From NCBI GenBank assembly GCA_963698505.1, contig CAVORC010000023.1:14034-78033 (forward strand): a stretch of DNA of 64,000 bases, read 5' to 3'. The number at the start of each line of letters is the position of its first letter. The stretch's first letter is position 1. Below the pieces are notes generated by a model. The model did no database searches and was not told the origin of the DNA. It was given only the letters and a program-made list of their open reading frames with translations. Origin of the DNA: an uncultured Chloroflexia bacterium. GTDB lineage: Bacteria > Chloroflexota > Limnocylindria > Limnocylindrales > CSP1-4. Below, in pieces: positions 50,377 through 59,097 of this stretch. The translations under genes and the position numbers were made by a program.

Positions 50377-53300
50377 TCAGGCGTGCCTGGGGCTGACCCA
50401 GCCCGGCAGCAACGCCCTCAGTGTCGACAGGGGCAGGGAGCCATGGCCGATGACCGCGTCATGGAAGGCCCGGTGATCGAAGGCGCGGCCATCGCGCGCC
50501 TCGAGCTCGGCGCGGGCCGCAAGGATCTCGCGTTGCCCGATCATGTAGCTGAGGGCCTGTCCGGGCCAGCTGATGTAGCGATCGGTCTCCGTCTCCGCCT
50601 CCAGCCATGACAGGCCGGCTCGCTCGACCAGCAGGTCGATGGACCGCTGACGGGTCCAGCCGAGGGCATGGATGCCGGTATCGACGACCAGGCGAGCGGC
50701 ACGCCAGGCCTCGGTCTCGAGCGCGCCGAAGCGCTCCAGCGGCGTGCGGTAGAGCCCCATCTCAGCGGCCAGCTGCTCGGTGTAGAGCGCCCAGCCCTCC
50801 ACGAATGCCCCGCCGGCCAGGCGTGAGCCGAACCGTCGGAACGCGGGCAGAGCGGTGAGCTCCTGCTCGAGGGCGATCTGGAAGTGGTGGCCGGGGACAG
50901 CCTCGTGGAAGGTCGCGGCCGGGATGCGGTGCAGGTGCCGCGAAGCCGGCTCGAACGTGTTGATGAAGTAGATGCCCCGGCGCGATCCGTCCTCGGTGGG
51001 TGGCATGTAGAACGCGGGTGGCGCTTCCTGCTCCATGTGCGGCTCCACTGCCCGGACCTCGCAGGTATCCCGCGGCAAGCGGCCGAACCAGGCGGGGGCC
51101 TCAGACTCCGCTCGCGAGATGAGCTCGCGAGCGACCTCCACGAGGTCGGATGGCTGGCCCACGTGGTTGGCCGGGTCCACCTCCAGCTGGGCACGCAAGG
51201 CTGCCACATCAGCGAGACCGAGCTCGGCGGCGATGTCTCGTTCCTGCTCGTCGATCTGGGCCAGGCGCAGCAGGCCGTACTCGTGGATAGCGCGAGGATC
51301 CTCCGAGATGGTGGTCCAGGCCAGGATGTGGTGGCCATAGAGCGCCTCGCCATCGGGCAGGTGGCAGATGCCGTCACCACCGCGGGCGTGCTCGCGATAC
51401 CCCTCAAGCATGCGCAGCCACTCGCGCTGCGCCGGGAGGACGTGCTGCTCCACGGCACCCACCAGCGCCGCTCGGTCCGGCTCATCGAGAGCGGCGTTGA
51501 CGGCCACGATGGGCGACTCCTCGGCAGGTGTCTCGACGATCCGCCTGGTCTGCGCCAGACAGCGCTCGATCACGGGTGCCGCGGCCGTCCGACCGGCAGC
51601 GATGCCGGCGGCGAGGTTGGCTCGGTGCGCCGCCATCCAGCCTGGGTACTGCTCCATGCGGGCGAGCAGCTTCGCCAACCGCTCCGGGGTATCGGCGCGC
51701 TGCAGGCGAGCGAGGTCGCCGATGAGCGCCTGCGGGCCGCTGTACTGGTCCATCGCCTCCATCTGCCACAGGCGCAGCTCCTCTGCCTCTCGCGTTCGCG
51801 CGATGACGATGCGGATCAGCTCCAGGGTGATGGTGTCCTCGGTCGACAGGGCCAGGCCGGCGAACCCATCGATCTCGGCCTCCCAGGCATCCGCCAGGAC
51901 CAGACCTGCGGCGCGGCCGTCCGGGCCGGGGTCGCCCAGGCGGTCATCCCAACGCTCGTCACCCTGCGCCGTTGCCCACAGCGGGTTCAGCTCGAGATAC
52001 TGCTCCCAGGCGCGGTCGGCGAAGGCGTGGACGGGCGTCACTGCGGGCTCGGGCAAGGGTCGGGTCTCCTCTGGCGTCGCGTGATCGGGCCGAGCGATCA
52101 GGAAGCGAACATCGGCATCTGGTCCTCTCCCGCGATCGACCTCGGGGTCGAGCCCCAGCAGAGGTCCCAGCGCGGAGAGGCTGGCGCGCTCGGCTGCGTG
52201 CAGGCGGCGCACGCTACTCCACTTCAGGATATGCCAGTTGTCCCGCTCAAGGCGCTGGCGCAGGACGGGTGAGCTCGCCAGCCGCAGCCGAAGCAGGGGC
52301 GTTCGCTCGTCCGGCACGACCAGGAAGCGCACGATGCTGTCGGTGGTCTCGATGCGGGGACCACGCTTCAGCACCGGCTCGTCGAGCACGGCCTGCCACT
52401 CCACGTCGAAGAGGAACGCGCCCTTGCCGCGGACGTACCAGATGCAATCGAGCTGCTCCAGCAGCTCCTGGGGGCCGGGCGCCACCAGCGGCAGGTAGAC
52501 ACGTTGCTCAGGATCGCTCAGCAGGTCCCCCAGCGTGCCGTCGCGGTACCGGCGCCGTTGCTCCCGGCGGGCGATCCAGACGCGCATCCCGGCACGGTGG
52601 GCGAAGTCGGTGAGCAGACCCACCATCTCGCCGTGCTCGGCGTAGCGCTGCTGCAGCGACTCGTCGCAGTGGATGAGCCCGTCTTCGGGCGGTCGCTGGC
52701 TGCGATAGCTCTCAAGACACGCCTCGACCAGCTCGGCATCGGCGGTCTCGGGACCACGGAACAGGCGCGCCACGCGATCATCGAAGGCGCCGCGGCTGAG
52801 ACCGCCGCTCGTGGTCAGCAGGCTGAAGATGCCCCACTCCACGCGCTCCGACAGCGGCTGCTTGGCGGCGGCGAGGTCGCGCGCGTCGCGCAACCACCAG
52901 AGCTCGTCGTCGACCTCCTGCAGGCGTGGGTGGTCGGCCCGACGCAGCTCACGACGGATGATGTCCAGCGTCAGGCGAACCGGATCCGAGACCGGCCCGC
53001 GGTCGCTCCAGTCGACACCCTCCGGCGTCGCGGCTCCGGCCGGAGACTCCGCACGGCCGGCGTCGCGCCCCTCTGCGGTCACGTCGGCGGCGTGCGTGGC
53101 CGAGGGATCGCTGACCACGCCGAAGAGCCCGGTCTCGCGCTCGACCCCCTCCTCGTCCTCGTCCTCCACGGCACGTGGCGTGCCCACGAGCCGTCGCAGG
53201 TGACCCAGGTGGTCCAGTCCCAGCAGCACCTCGCCCAGGATGCGCATGAAGCGCGTCGGCTCGCCCCGCAGCTGCATGACCGCGACGGCGATGTCAGCGA

Positions 53301-54810
53301 CTGCCGACCCGACAGCCGAGATCTGGAACGGTCCCGACGGGTCCGATGTCGAGCGGATGGCCACATCGCGCGTGCTGGCGACCGCTGCCGCCTGCCCGAA
53401 CTGGACGTGACCATCGACGCCCTCGGGTGTCTCGCCCAACACCGCGTCGTCGACGCGCATGCCGGCACCGACCCCTCCGATGACCGTGGCCACGAGAGCC
53501 TCGGGGCTGGCCTTGGCGAGCATGATGACCGTTTGGGCGTCGGGCAGGAGGACCGGCTGCACCGCGCTCAGCGCGCGCTGCAGGGTCGAGGCATCGCGTG
53601 CCCACTCCGAACGCGGGGCTGCCCCGAAGAGCGACGCCAGCGGTAGCGTCGCGGCGCCCTCGGGCCCGATGGCGAGCGAGGATGCGAGGTAGGCGAAGCC
53701 GAGGTTGTCTGCTGACCAGTGGATGGGAGGCTGGCTCAGCACCAGCCGGATGCCCGGCCGTACGCGCGGCCGCGGCCCAGGTTCGACGCCGGCGCGGGGC
53801 GGGGGCCCGAACGTCTCGCGACCGTGTGGCACGCCGAACCGAAGAGCAACGTTGGCCGAGCCGTCCTGCAACGAGCGCAGGTCCGGACCCACCCGCGCCG
53901 GCGTGTGGGCGCCCCCGGCCTCGAGCGCGGCCACGAACTCACGCACCGCCCTGGTGCCCTCCTCGAACGCCAGCCACGCGTTCCGCTCGCGCCACTGGCG
54001 TGAGCTGGAGCCGCGCACCTGGCCGCCGCTGATGCGCACCTGCGCCATCCGTCCCGGGTACCCGTTGAGCCGGCTGACAGGCAGCACCATGTGAAGGACC
54101 GCCAGGCGCAGGGCTGCCTGGACCGAGGGAGCGCGCAGCTCGGTCTCGATCCGTTCGAGGATGGCCACCAGGGCGACCTGCGCCCGGGGCGGAAAGAGGT
54201 CGACCAGCTCGTCTGGCAGGGCGTGGTCGGCCGTGGGCACGGGAAACCGCTCGCGCAGCGCGGCGCGTGCCGCGGCTGCATCGACCGAGCGCGCTCGATA
54301 GAGGTCGTCGGGATCGACCGGGAGCGGCCGCTTCTCCGTGCGCTTGTCGCGACAGCGCGGACAGCTGAAGGCCTTGCGCGACGGGTCGCTGGCCTCGGCA
54401 TCCCAGATGAACTCGCTGACCGTGACCGTGTTGCCGCAGCTGGGGCAGCGCGAGGCGTAGCTGGCCTCGATGCTCGAGCGCAACCCGCCCTCCATGCCGC
54501 GGGCGTCGACCGCGATGCCGGAGACCGCCGCGTCCAGGTGGCGCAGGTCCGGCGGACGCAGCACGACTTCTGCGACCAGCCGCGTGAGCGCGCTCGACTC
54601 GACGACGAAGGAGCGGCGCAGGCTGTCGATGGCACTGCGCGTCACCCAGCCTCCGCGTCCGTGCAACTCGAGCACGACATCCCCGGCCTTCGTACGCGAC
54701 TCGAGCTGCGCCCGCAGCACGCCCGGCTCGGGCACCGGCGCCAGTCGCTCGAGCGCGGGCAGACGCGGACTCCGTGCCTGGGTCCTGGGAGACTGTCGAG
54801 CGTCCGCCAT
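50377..54810 (-). CDS. 1477-aa multidomain protein: degenerate Zn-ribbon methyltransferase-like region + PD-(D/E)xK-like module + DUF885 domain
   Basis: A single uninterrupted frame with normal amino-acid composition, while the overlapping frames are Arg/Ser/Pro junk. Zn ribbon CPSCG-x24-CPRC (aa 122-154). LVLSQPPIHWSADNLGFAY (aa ~356-375). DCIWYVRGKGAFLFDVEWQ...RFLVVPDER (aa ~788-835). The DUF885 domain starts at aa 924. Confidence 0.7.
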   Translation of the reverse strand: MADARQSPRTQARSPRLPALERLAPVPEPGVLRAQLESRTKAGDVVLELHGRGGWVTRSAIDSLRRSFVVESSALTRLVAEVVLRPPDLRHLDAAVSGIAVDARGMEGGLRSSIEASYASRCPSCGNTVTVSEFIWDAEASDPSRKAFSCPRCRDKRTEKRPLPVDPDDLYRARSVDAAAARAALRERFPVPTADHALPDELVDLFPPRAQVALVAILERIETELRAPSVQAALRLAVLHMVLPVSRLNGYPGRMAQVRISGGQVRGSSSRQWRERNAWLAFEEGTRAVREFVAALEAGGAHTPARVGPDLRSLQDGSANVALRFGVPHGRETFGPPPRAGVEPGPRPRVRPGIRLVLSQPPIHWSADNLGFAYLASSLAIGPEGAATLPLASLFGAAPRSEWARDASTLQRALSAVQPVLLPDAQTVIMLAKASPEALVATVIGGVGAGMRVDDAVLGETPEGVDGHVQFGQAAAVASTRDVAIRSTSDPSGPFQISAVGSAVADIAVAVMQLRGEPTRFMRILGEVLLGLDHLGHLRRLVGTPRAVEDEDEEGVERETGLFGVVSDPSATHAADVTAEGRDAGRAESPAGAATPEGVDWSDRGPVSDPVRLTLDIIRRELRRADHPRLQEVDDELWWLRDARDLAAAKQPLSERVEWGIFSLLTTSGGLSRGAFDDRVARLFRGPETADAELVEACLESYRSQRPPEDGLIHCDESLQQRYAEHGEMVGLLTDFAHRAGMRVWIARREQRRRYRDGTLGDLLSDPEQRVYLPLVAPGPQELLEQLDCIWYVRGKGAFLFDVEWQAVLDEPVLKRGPRIETTDSIVRFLVVPDERTPLLRLRLASSPVLRQRLERDNWHILKWSSVRRLHAAERASLSALGPLLGLDPEVDRGRGPDADVRFLIARPDHATPEETRPLPEPAVTPVHAFADRAWEQYLELNPLWATAQGDERWDDRLGDPGPDGRAAGLVLADAWEAEIDGFAGLALSTEDTITLELIRIVIARTREAEELRLWQMEAMDQYSGPQALIGDLARLQRADTPERLAKLLARMEQYPGWMAAHRANLAAGIAAGRTAAAPVIERCLAQTRRIVETPAEESPIVAVNAALDEPDRAALVGAVEQHVLPAQREWLRMLEGYREHARGGDGICHLPDGEALYGHHILAWTTISEDPRAIHEYGLLRLAQIDEQERDIAAELGLADVAALRAQLEVDPANHVGQPSDLVEVARELISRAESEAPAWFGRLPRDTCEVRAVEPHMEQEAPPAFYMPPTEDGSRRGIYFINTFEPASRHLHRIPAATFHEAVPGHHFQIALEQELTALPAFRRFGSRLAGGAFVEGWALYTEQLAAEMGLYRTPLERFGALETEAWRAARLVVDTGIHALGWTRQRSIDLLVERAGLSWLEAETETDRYISWPGQALSYMIGQREILAARAELEARDGRAFDHRAFHDAVIGHGSLPLSTLRALLPGWVSPRHA

Positions 54811-54847
54811 CGTATGGTCCAGAGTCTATCCGGGATGGCGAACTGGC

Positions 54848-55798
54848 TCAGTCCTCCTCGAGGTCCTCGTCATCGTCGCCGACCGAGACATCGTCGTCTT
54901 CGTCGTCGTCTTCGTCGTCGTCGGCGTCGTCCTCGCCTTCGATCTGGAAGCCTTCCTCGGCATGGGTCTCCGGCGGAAGCACCGAGCCGATGTCGTCGAA
55001 CGATTCCGGCTCCTCGTCGAACTCGAGATCATCCTCGAGCTCGGCCTCTTCCCGCACGAGCGTGCCCTTGGTGTACGGGCGTAGGTCGGAGACCTTGGCA
55101 GCCGTGGGGAACGAGACCTTGCCGTAGTTGCTCGGGTCCTGGTAGGTCTCGCGGATGATGATGCGGACATCCTCGTCGCCGAGGCTGGTGACACCGGCGG
55201 CGTACTTGTTGCCATCCGCCATGAGACGCAGCAGCCGCGCCGCCACGCGTGGCTCGACGACGCCGATGCGGACACCGTTGGAGCTGGCGACCACGCGCGG
55301 ACCGGATGGCTCCAGCTCGACGAAGTCACCGGGGTTCACCTGCGCCAGGTCCATGGGGGCGGCGAGGTCGACCAGGTGCGCGAAGCCGGTCTTGCCGGTC
55401 TCTTCGACGAAGATGCTCACCGGGGCCTTGCTGCCGGGCGAGGCGGGGACGGTCTTGGAGCCGGCGTCGACCATCAGCATGCGCAGGCGGCCGATGTTGC
55501 GCTCGGCGATGCGATTGGTGGGGTCGATGGCCAGCGCCGACTGATAGTGCTCCCGTGCCTGCCCCAGCTCGCCCTGCTCCCAGTAGGCCTTGGCCACGCG
55601 GTTCTCGGCTGCACTGTCCGGGCCCATCTCCAGGATCTTCTGGTTGATCTGCGCAGCAGTCACCCAGTCGGCCTTGCGGGCAGCATCGATGGCCTGCTCG
55701 ACGAGCTGCCGCTTCTGGCGGCTGGCGGTGATGGCGCTCGAGACAGCAGCCGGTTCGTTCTCGGTCAGGGGGTCGAAGCTCATTCGTTCCTCGGGCAT
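54848..55798 (-). CDS. TPR-containing protein with beta-rich central domain and poly-acidic C-terminal tail
   Basis: N-terminal TPR-like AKAYWEQGELGQAREHYQSALAIDPTN. Central GDFVELEPSGPRVVASSNGVRIGVVEPRVAARLLRLMADGNKY. The tail is GEDDADDDEDDDEDDDVSVGDDDEDLEED. Confidence 0.7.
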   Translation of the reverse strand: MPEERMSFDPLTENEPAAVSSAITASRQKRQLVEQAIDAARKADWVTAAQINQKILEMGPDSAAENRVAKAYWEQGELGQAREHYQSALAIDPTNRIAERNIGRLRMLMVDAGSKTVPASPGSKAPVSIFVEETGKTGFAHLVDLAAPMDLAQVNPGDFVELEPSGPRVVASSNGVRIGVVEPRVAARLLRLMADGNKYAAGVTSLGDEDVRIIIRETYQDPSNYGKVSFPTAAKVSDLRPYTKGTLVREEAELEDDLEFDEEPESFDDIGSVLPPETHAEEGFQIEGEDDADDDEDDDEDDDVSVGDDDEDLEED

Positions 55799-55900
55799 GC
55801 AGGGTGAGGCGCCGGCGACGGGCGCATCGGCGTGTTCAGGGCGTGCCAGAACAGCACCGACTCAGCGACGTCCAATCGTACCACCGCTGAGGTCCGCAGC

Positions 55901-57733
55901 TCAGAAGCGGTGCGGTTTCTCCCGCATCAGCTTGATGAAGGCCGCCCGCGGCAGGGTGTTGGCCACCAGGCCGCGGCCGACCCAGCCGCGTCGAGCGATA
56001 GCGGCCCCCCAGGCCAGTCCCTGCCACTCGCGTCGCTCATGAGCGTCGGAGTCGATGGTGAAGCGGCAGCCGGCATCGATGGCCGCCCGGACATGGTGCT
56101 CGTCGAGGTCCAGGCGTGCTTCGCTGCCGTTGATCTCGAGCAGGGTGCCGGTCTCCGCCGCCAGCCGGTAGAAGGCCTCCCAATCGAGGTCGAGCTCAGC
56201 GCGCCGGCCGATCTTGCGACCGGACGGATGGCTGATGATGTCGACATGCGGGCTGCGCATGGCCAGGGCGTAGCGTGTCATCAGCTGGGCCCGCGGCTGG
56301 CGCCGGCCCACGTGCAGCGAGGCTACCACCACGTCGAAGCGCGACAGCAGCTCGTCGTCGTAATCGAGTCGCCCATCCAGCGTGATCTCCAGCTCCGTGC
56401 CATGGAGCAGCCGAAAGCCGGAAGGGGCAGCGCCGGCAGGCAGCAGACCAGCTGCCTCCTCGCGCGCGAAGCGCTCGTTGAGCTCCGCGATGACGCGACG
56501 CTGCGCCTCCACGCGCGCGGGCGAGAGACCGTTGGCGATGGTGAGGCTCTGCGAGTGATCGGTCAGCACCTGGTACTCGCGGCCGTCACGTCGCGCCGAC
56601 TCCACCATCACGTCCAGCGACTCGCGACCGTCGGACCAGTCGCTGTGACTGTGGCAATCGCCGCGCAGGTCGTCGCGCCGCACGAGGTCGGGCAGCGTGC
56701 CCGCCTCGGCGGCCTCGATCTCGCCCCGTCCCTCACGCAGCTCGGGCGGGATCTCGGGCAGGCTCAGGAACGCGTAGAGCTCGCCCTCCGAGGCGAACGT
56801 CCTGGGCGGGGCCCCGGCGTCATCGAGCGGCACGAGGCCACGCTCCGAGAGGGACATGCCCATCTGGCGGGCCCGGTGGCGGAGGGCCACGTTGTGGGCG
56901 GCGGCGCCCGTGAAGTGGACCAGGTAGCTGCCCGTCTGGCCCGGAGGCATCGTCATCACGTCCACTCGCGGTCCATCCATGAGGCGCAGGCTGGTGCGGT
57001 CACCGCCGCTGGGCATGCCGCCCCCGACCGCGCCCGCCGTCCCCTCCAACGACGCCAGCACCGTCTTCGGCGATGCCGTCTCGACGAGCACGTCAAGGTC
57101 GCCGACCGTCTCGCAGCAGCGTCGCACGGAACCGGCTGCGGTGGCGCTGACCACGCCTGGCAGCGCTTCGATGAGCGCGACCAGCCGCGCCGCGAGGGCG
57201 TGCGCCTCCCCCATGAGCATGCGCCGCGGCGGACGCTGCTGCAGCTCCGCGACACCAGCAAGGATGCGTGCCTCGGTACGCGCGCTCACGCCCTTCAGCT
57301 GGCGCAGGCGGCCCTCGCGCGCGGCCACCTCCAGCTGGGGCAGGGTGGCGATGCCGAGCCCGCGCCAGAGCTCGCCCACGGTGCGCGGACCGACCCCGGG
57401 GATGGCCAGCAGCTCCAGCAGCGTCGGCGGCACTTCCTCGCGCAGGGCCCGGTGATAGCCCAGCTGACCGCTGATGGCCAGCTCACGGATGCGCTCCGCG
57501 ATGCTGTCGCCGACGCCTCGCAACCGTGGTGGGTCGCCGGCTCGATAGGCGGCCGCGACGTCGACGCTGCTGCGGGCCACCGAGTCAGCCGCACGGCGAT
57601 AGGCGCCTACCTTGAAGGAGGACGCATCCTTGATGTCCAACAGGTCGGCGATCTCGGCGAGGGTCGCCGCGATGCGAGCATTCGTCAGCGGCGCCGCCAC
57701 ATCCAGCGGCGGCCTGGTCTCTCGTGGCGTCAC
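55901..57733 (-). CDS. DNA polymerase/3'-5' exonuclease PolX (Pol beta-like domain + PHP domain)
   Basis: HhH motifs (GVGDSIAERI, IPGVGPRTV), the nucleotidyltransferase GSVRRCCETVGDLDVLV, and the PHP domain GDCHSHSDWSDG...TDH...DSDAH. Confidence 0.9.
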   Translation of the reverse strand: MTPRETRPPLDVAAPLTNARIAATLAEIADLLDIKDASSFKVGAYRRAADSVARSSVDVAAAYRAGDPPRLRGVGDSIAERIRELAISGQLGYHRALREEVPPTLLELLAIPGVGPRTVGELWRGLGIATLPQLEVAAREGRLRQLKGVSARTEARILAGVAELQQRPPRRMLMGEAHALAARLVALIEALPGVVSATAAGSVRRCCETVGDLDVLVETASPKTVLASLEGTAGAVGGGMPSGGDRTSLRLMDGPRVDVMTMPPGQTGSYLVHFTGAAAHNVALRHRARQMGMSLSERGLVPLDDAGAPPRTFASEGELYAFLSLPEIPPELREGRGEIEAAEAGTLPDLVRRDDLRGDCHSHSDWSDGRESLDVMVESARRDGREYQVLTDHSQSLTIANGLSPARVEAQRRVIAELNERFAREEAAGLLPAGAAPSGFRLLHGTELEITLDGRLDYDDELLSRFDVVVASLHVGRRQPRAQLMTRYALAMRSPHVDIISHPSGRKIGRRAELDLDWEAFYRLAAETGTLLEINGSEARLDLDEHHVRAAIDAGCRFTIDSDAHERREWQGLAWGAAIARRGWVGRGLVANTLPRAAFIKLMREKPHRF

Positions 57734-57739
57734 GCCGGC

Positions 57740-59026
57740 TCAGGCGGCCACGACACGGTCCCGGCCGAGACGCTTGGCACGGTACAGTGCCTGGTCGGCG
57801 CGCTCGACGAGGCCGGGGATGGCGACCTGGTCGGGGCCGGCGACCGCTACGCCGACAGAGACCGTGACCGGCTCGTCGATGCCCAGGCTGGCCGGATGCA
57901 GGCGCACGACCTCGCGCCGGATGCGCTCACCGACCTCGATGGCCTGTTCGGCCGAGGCGCGCCGCAGGAGCACGGCGAACTCCTCGCCACCGTAGCGCGC
58001 GGGGGTGTCCTCGGCCCGCACGCCCTGCGTGATGGCCCCCGCCACCGCACGCAGGACCCGATCACCGGTGGCGTGCCCGAAGCGGTCGTTGAGGATCTTG
58101 AAGTGGTCGATGTCGACCATCAGGATGCCCAGGCTGTCATTGGCCCTCCGCCGGGGGCGCTCGATGGCGAGGACCTCGTCGAAGTAGCGTCGGTTCGGCA
58201 GGCCGGTCAGCACATCGATCTTGGCGCCACGCTCGGCAGCCTCGAGGGCGTAGGCGCGCTGGAACGCGGTGGCGACCTCGTTGGCGGCCCAGGCCAGCAG
58301 CCGGCGGTCACCTTCGCTCCAGGCCTCACGCCGACGCCGCGCCAGCAACAGGGCGCCGAGGAAGCTGCGGCCTGCGACGAGCGGCGTGGCCAAGGTGTGC
58401 GCCAGTCCATAGGCAGAGCGCACACGGCGCGCGATCTCCTCGGCCGCCGCGGCAGCCGCATCCGACGATTCGCCGGCGCTCTCCCCTACCCCTTCATCGA
58501 GCTCGTCGCTGTCGAGCGCACCGGGCGCATCGATCTCCGGCCGCAGCGTGGTTCGCGATGGTGGTGCATCGGCCTGTGCCGCCACCAGCGTGACCTCCAC
58601 GTTCATGTCGGGCTGGCTGACCCGCGCCACGACCACGTGGTCGGCATCGGTGGCCGAGCGCAGGTCGCGGATGACGGTGTCGACGACCGACTCGGGCGAG
58701 AGCGAGCGTGACAGGCCGGTCACGATGCGGCGGACGCTCGCCTCGCGCTCGAGCCGATTGCGAGTCAGCGCCTCGATGGTGGCGTAGGACACGTAGAGCG
58801 CCAGCACCAGCGCCACGAGGGCCACGGTCAGCAGCAGGTCGGCCGGACCGATGCCACCCTCGTAGAGCAGCCAGCTGGCGACCAGCGCCAGGACTGCGAG
58901 GCTGGCCAGCAGGACGCGCCGGGCGGAGCGCAGCCGGCGGTTGAGCTGGGCGTCGGCCAGCGTGCCGGGCGCGATCTCAAGGTCGTCTGCGGCGGCGGAG
59001 CCCGATGCGGGAGCAGGGTCGGTCAC
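57740..59026 (-). CDS. membrane-anchored diguanylate cyclase (GGDEF domain, GGEEF active site)
   Basis: GTG start 72 nt after the LCP stop. Two TM helices, then a GAF-like middle region. DVLTGLPNRRYF...DIDHFKILNDRFGHATGD...ARYGGEEFAVLL...YRAK. Confidence 0.8.
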   Translation of the reverse strand: MTDPAPASGSAAADDLEIAPGTLADAQLNRRLRSARRVLLASLAVLALVASWLLYEGGIGPADLLLTVALVALVLALYVSYATIEALTRNRLEREASVRRIVTGLSRSLSPESVVDTVIRDLRSATDADHVVVARVSQPDMNVEVTLVAAQADAPPSRTTLRPEIDAPGALDSDELDEGVGESAGESSDAAAAAAEEIARRVRSAYGLAHTLATPLVAGRSFLGALLLARRRREAWSEGDRRLLAWAANEVATAFQRAYALEAAERGAKIDVLTGLPNRRYFDEVLAIERPRRRANDSLGILMVDIDHFKILNDRFGHATGDRVLRAVAGAITQGVRAEDTPARYGGEEFAVLLRRASAEQAIEVGERIRREVVRLHPASLGIDEPVTVSVGVAVAGPDQVAIPGLVERADQALYRAKRLGRDRVVAA

Positions 59027-59097
59027 CGACCGAGGATGGCACAGCACAGCAGCGCGTGCGACTCTCCGCGATGCCGCGCGCCGCCGGTGGCGGCTCG

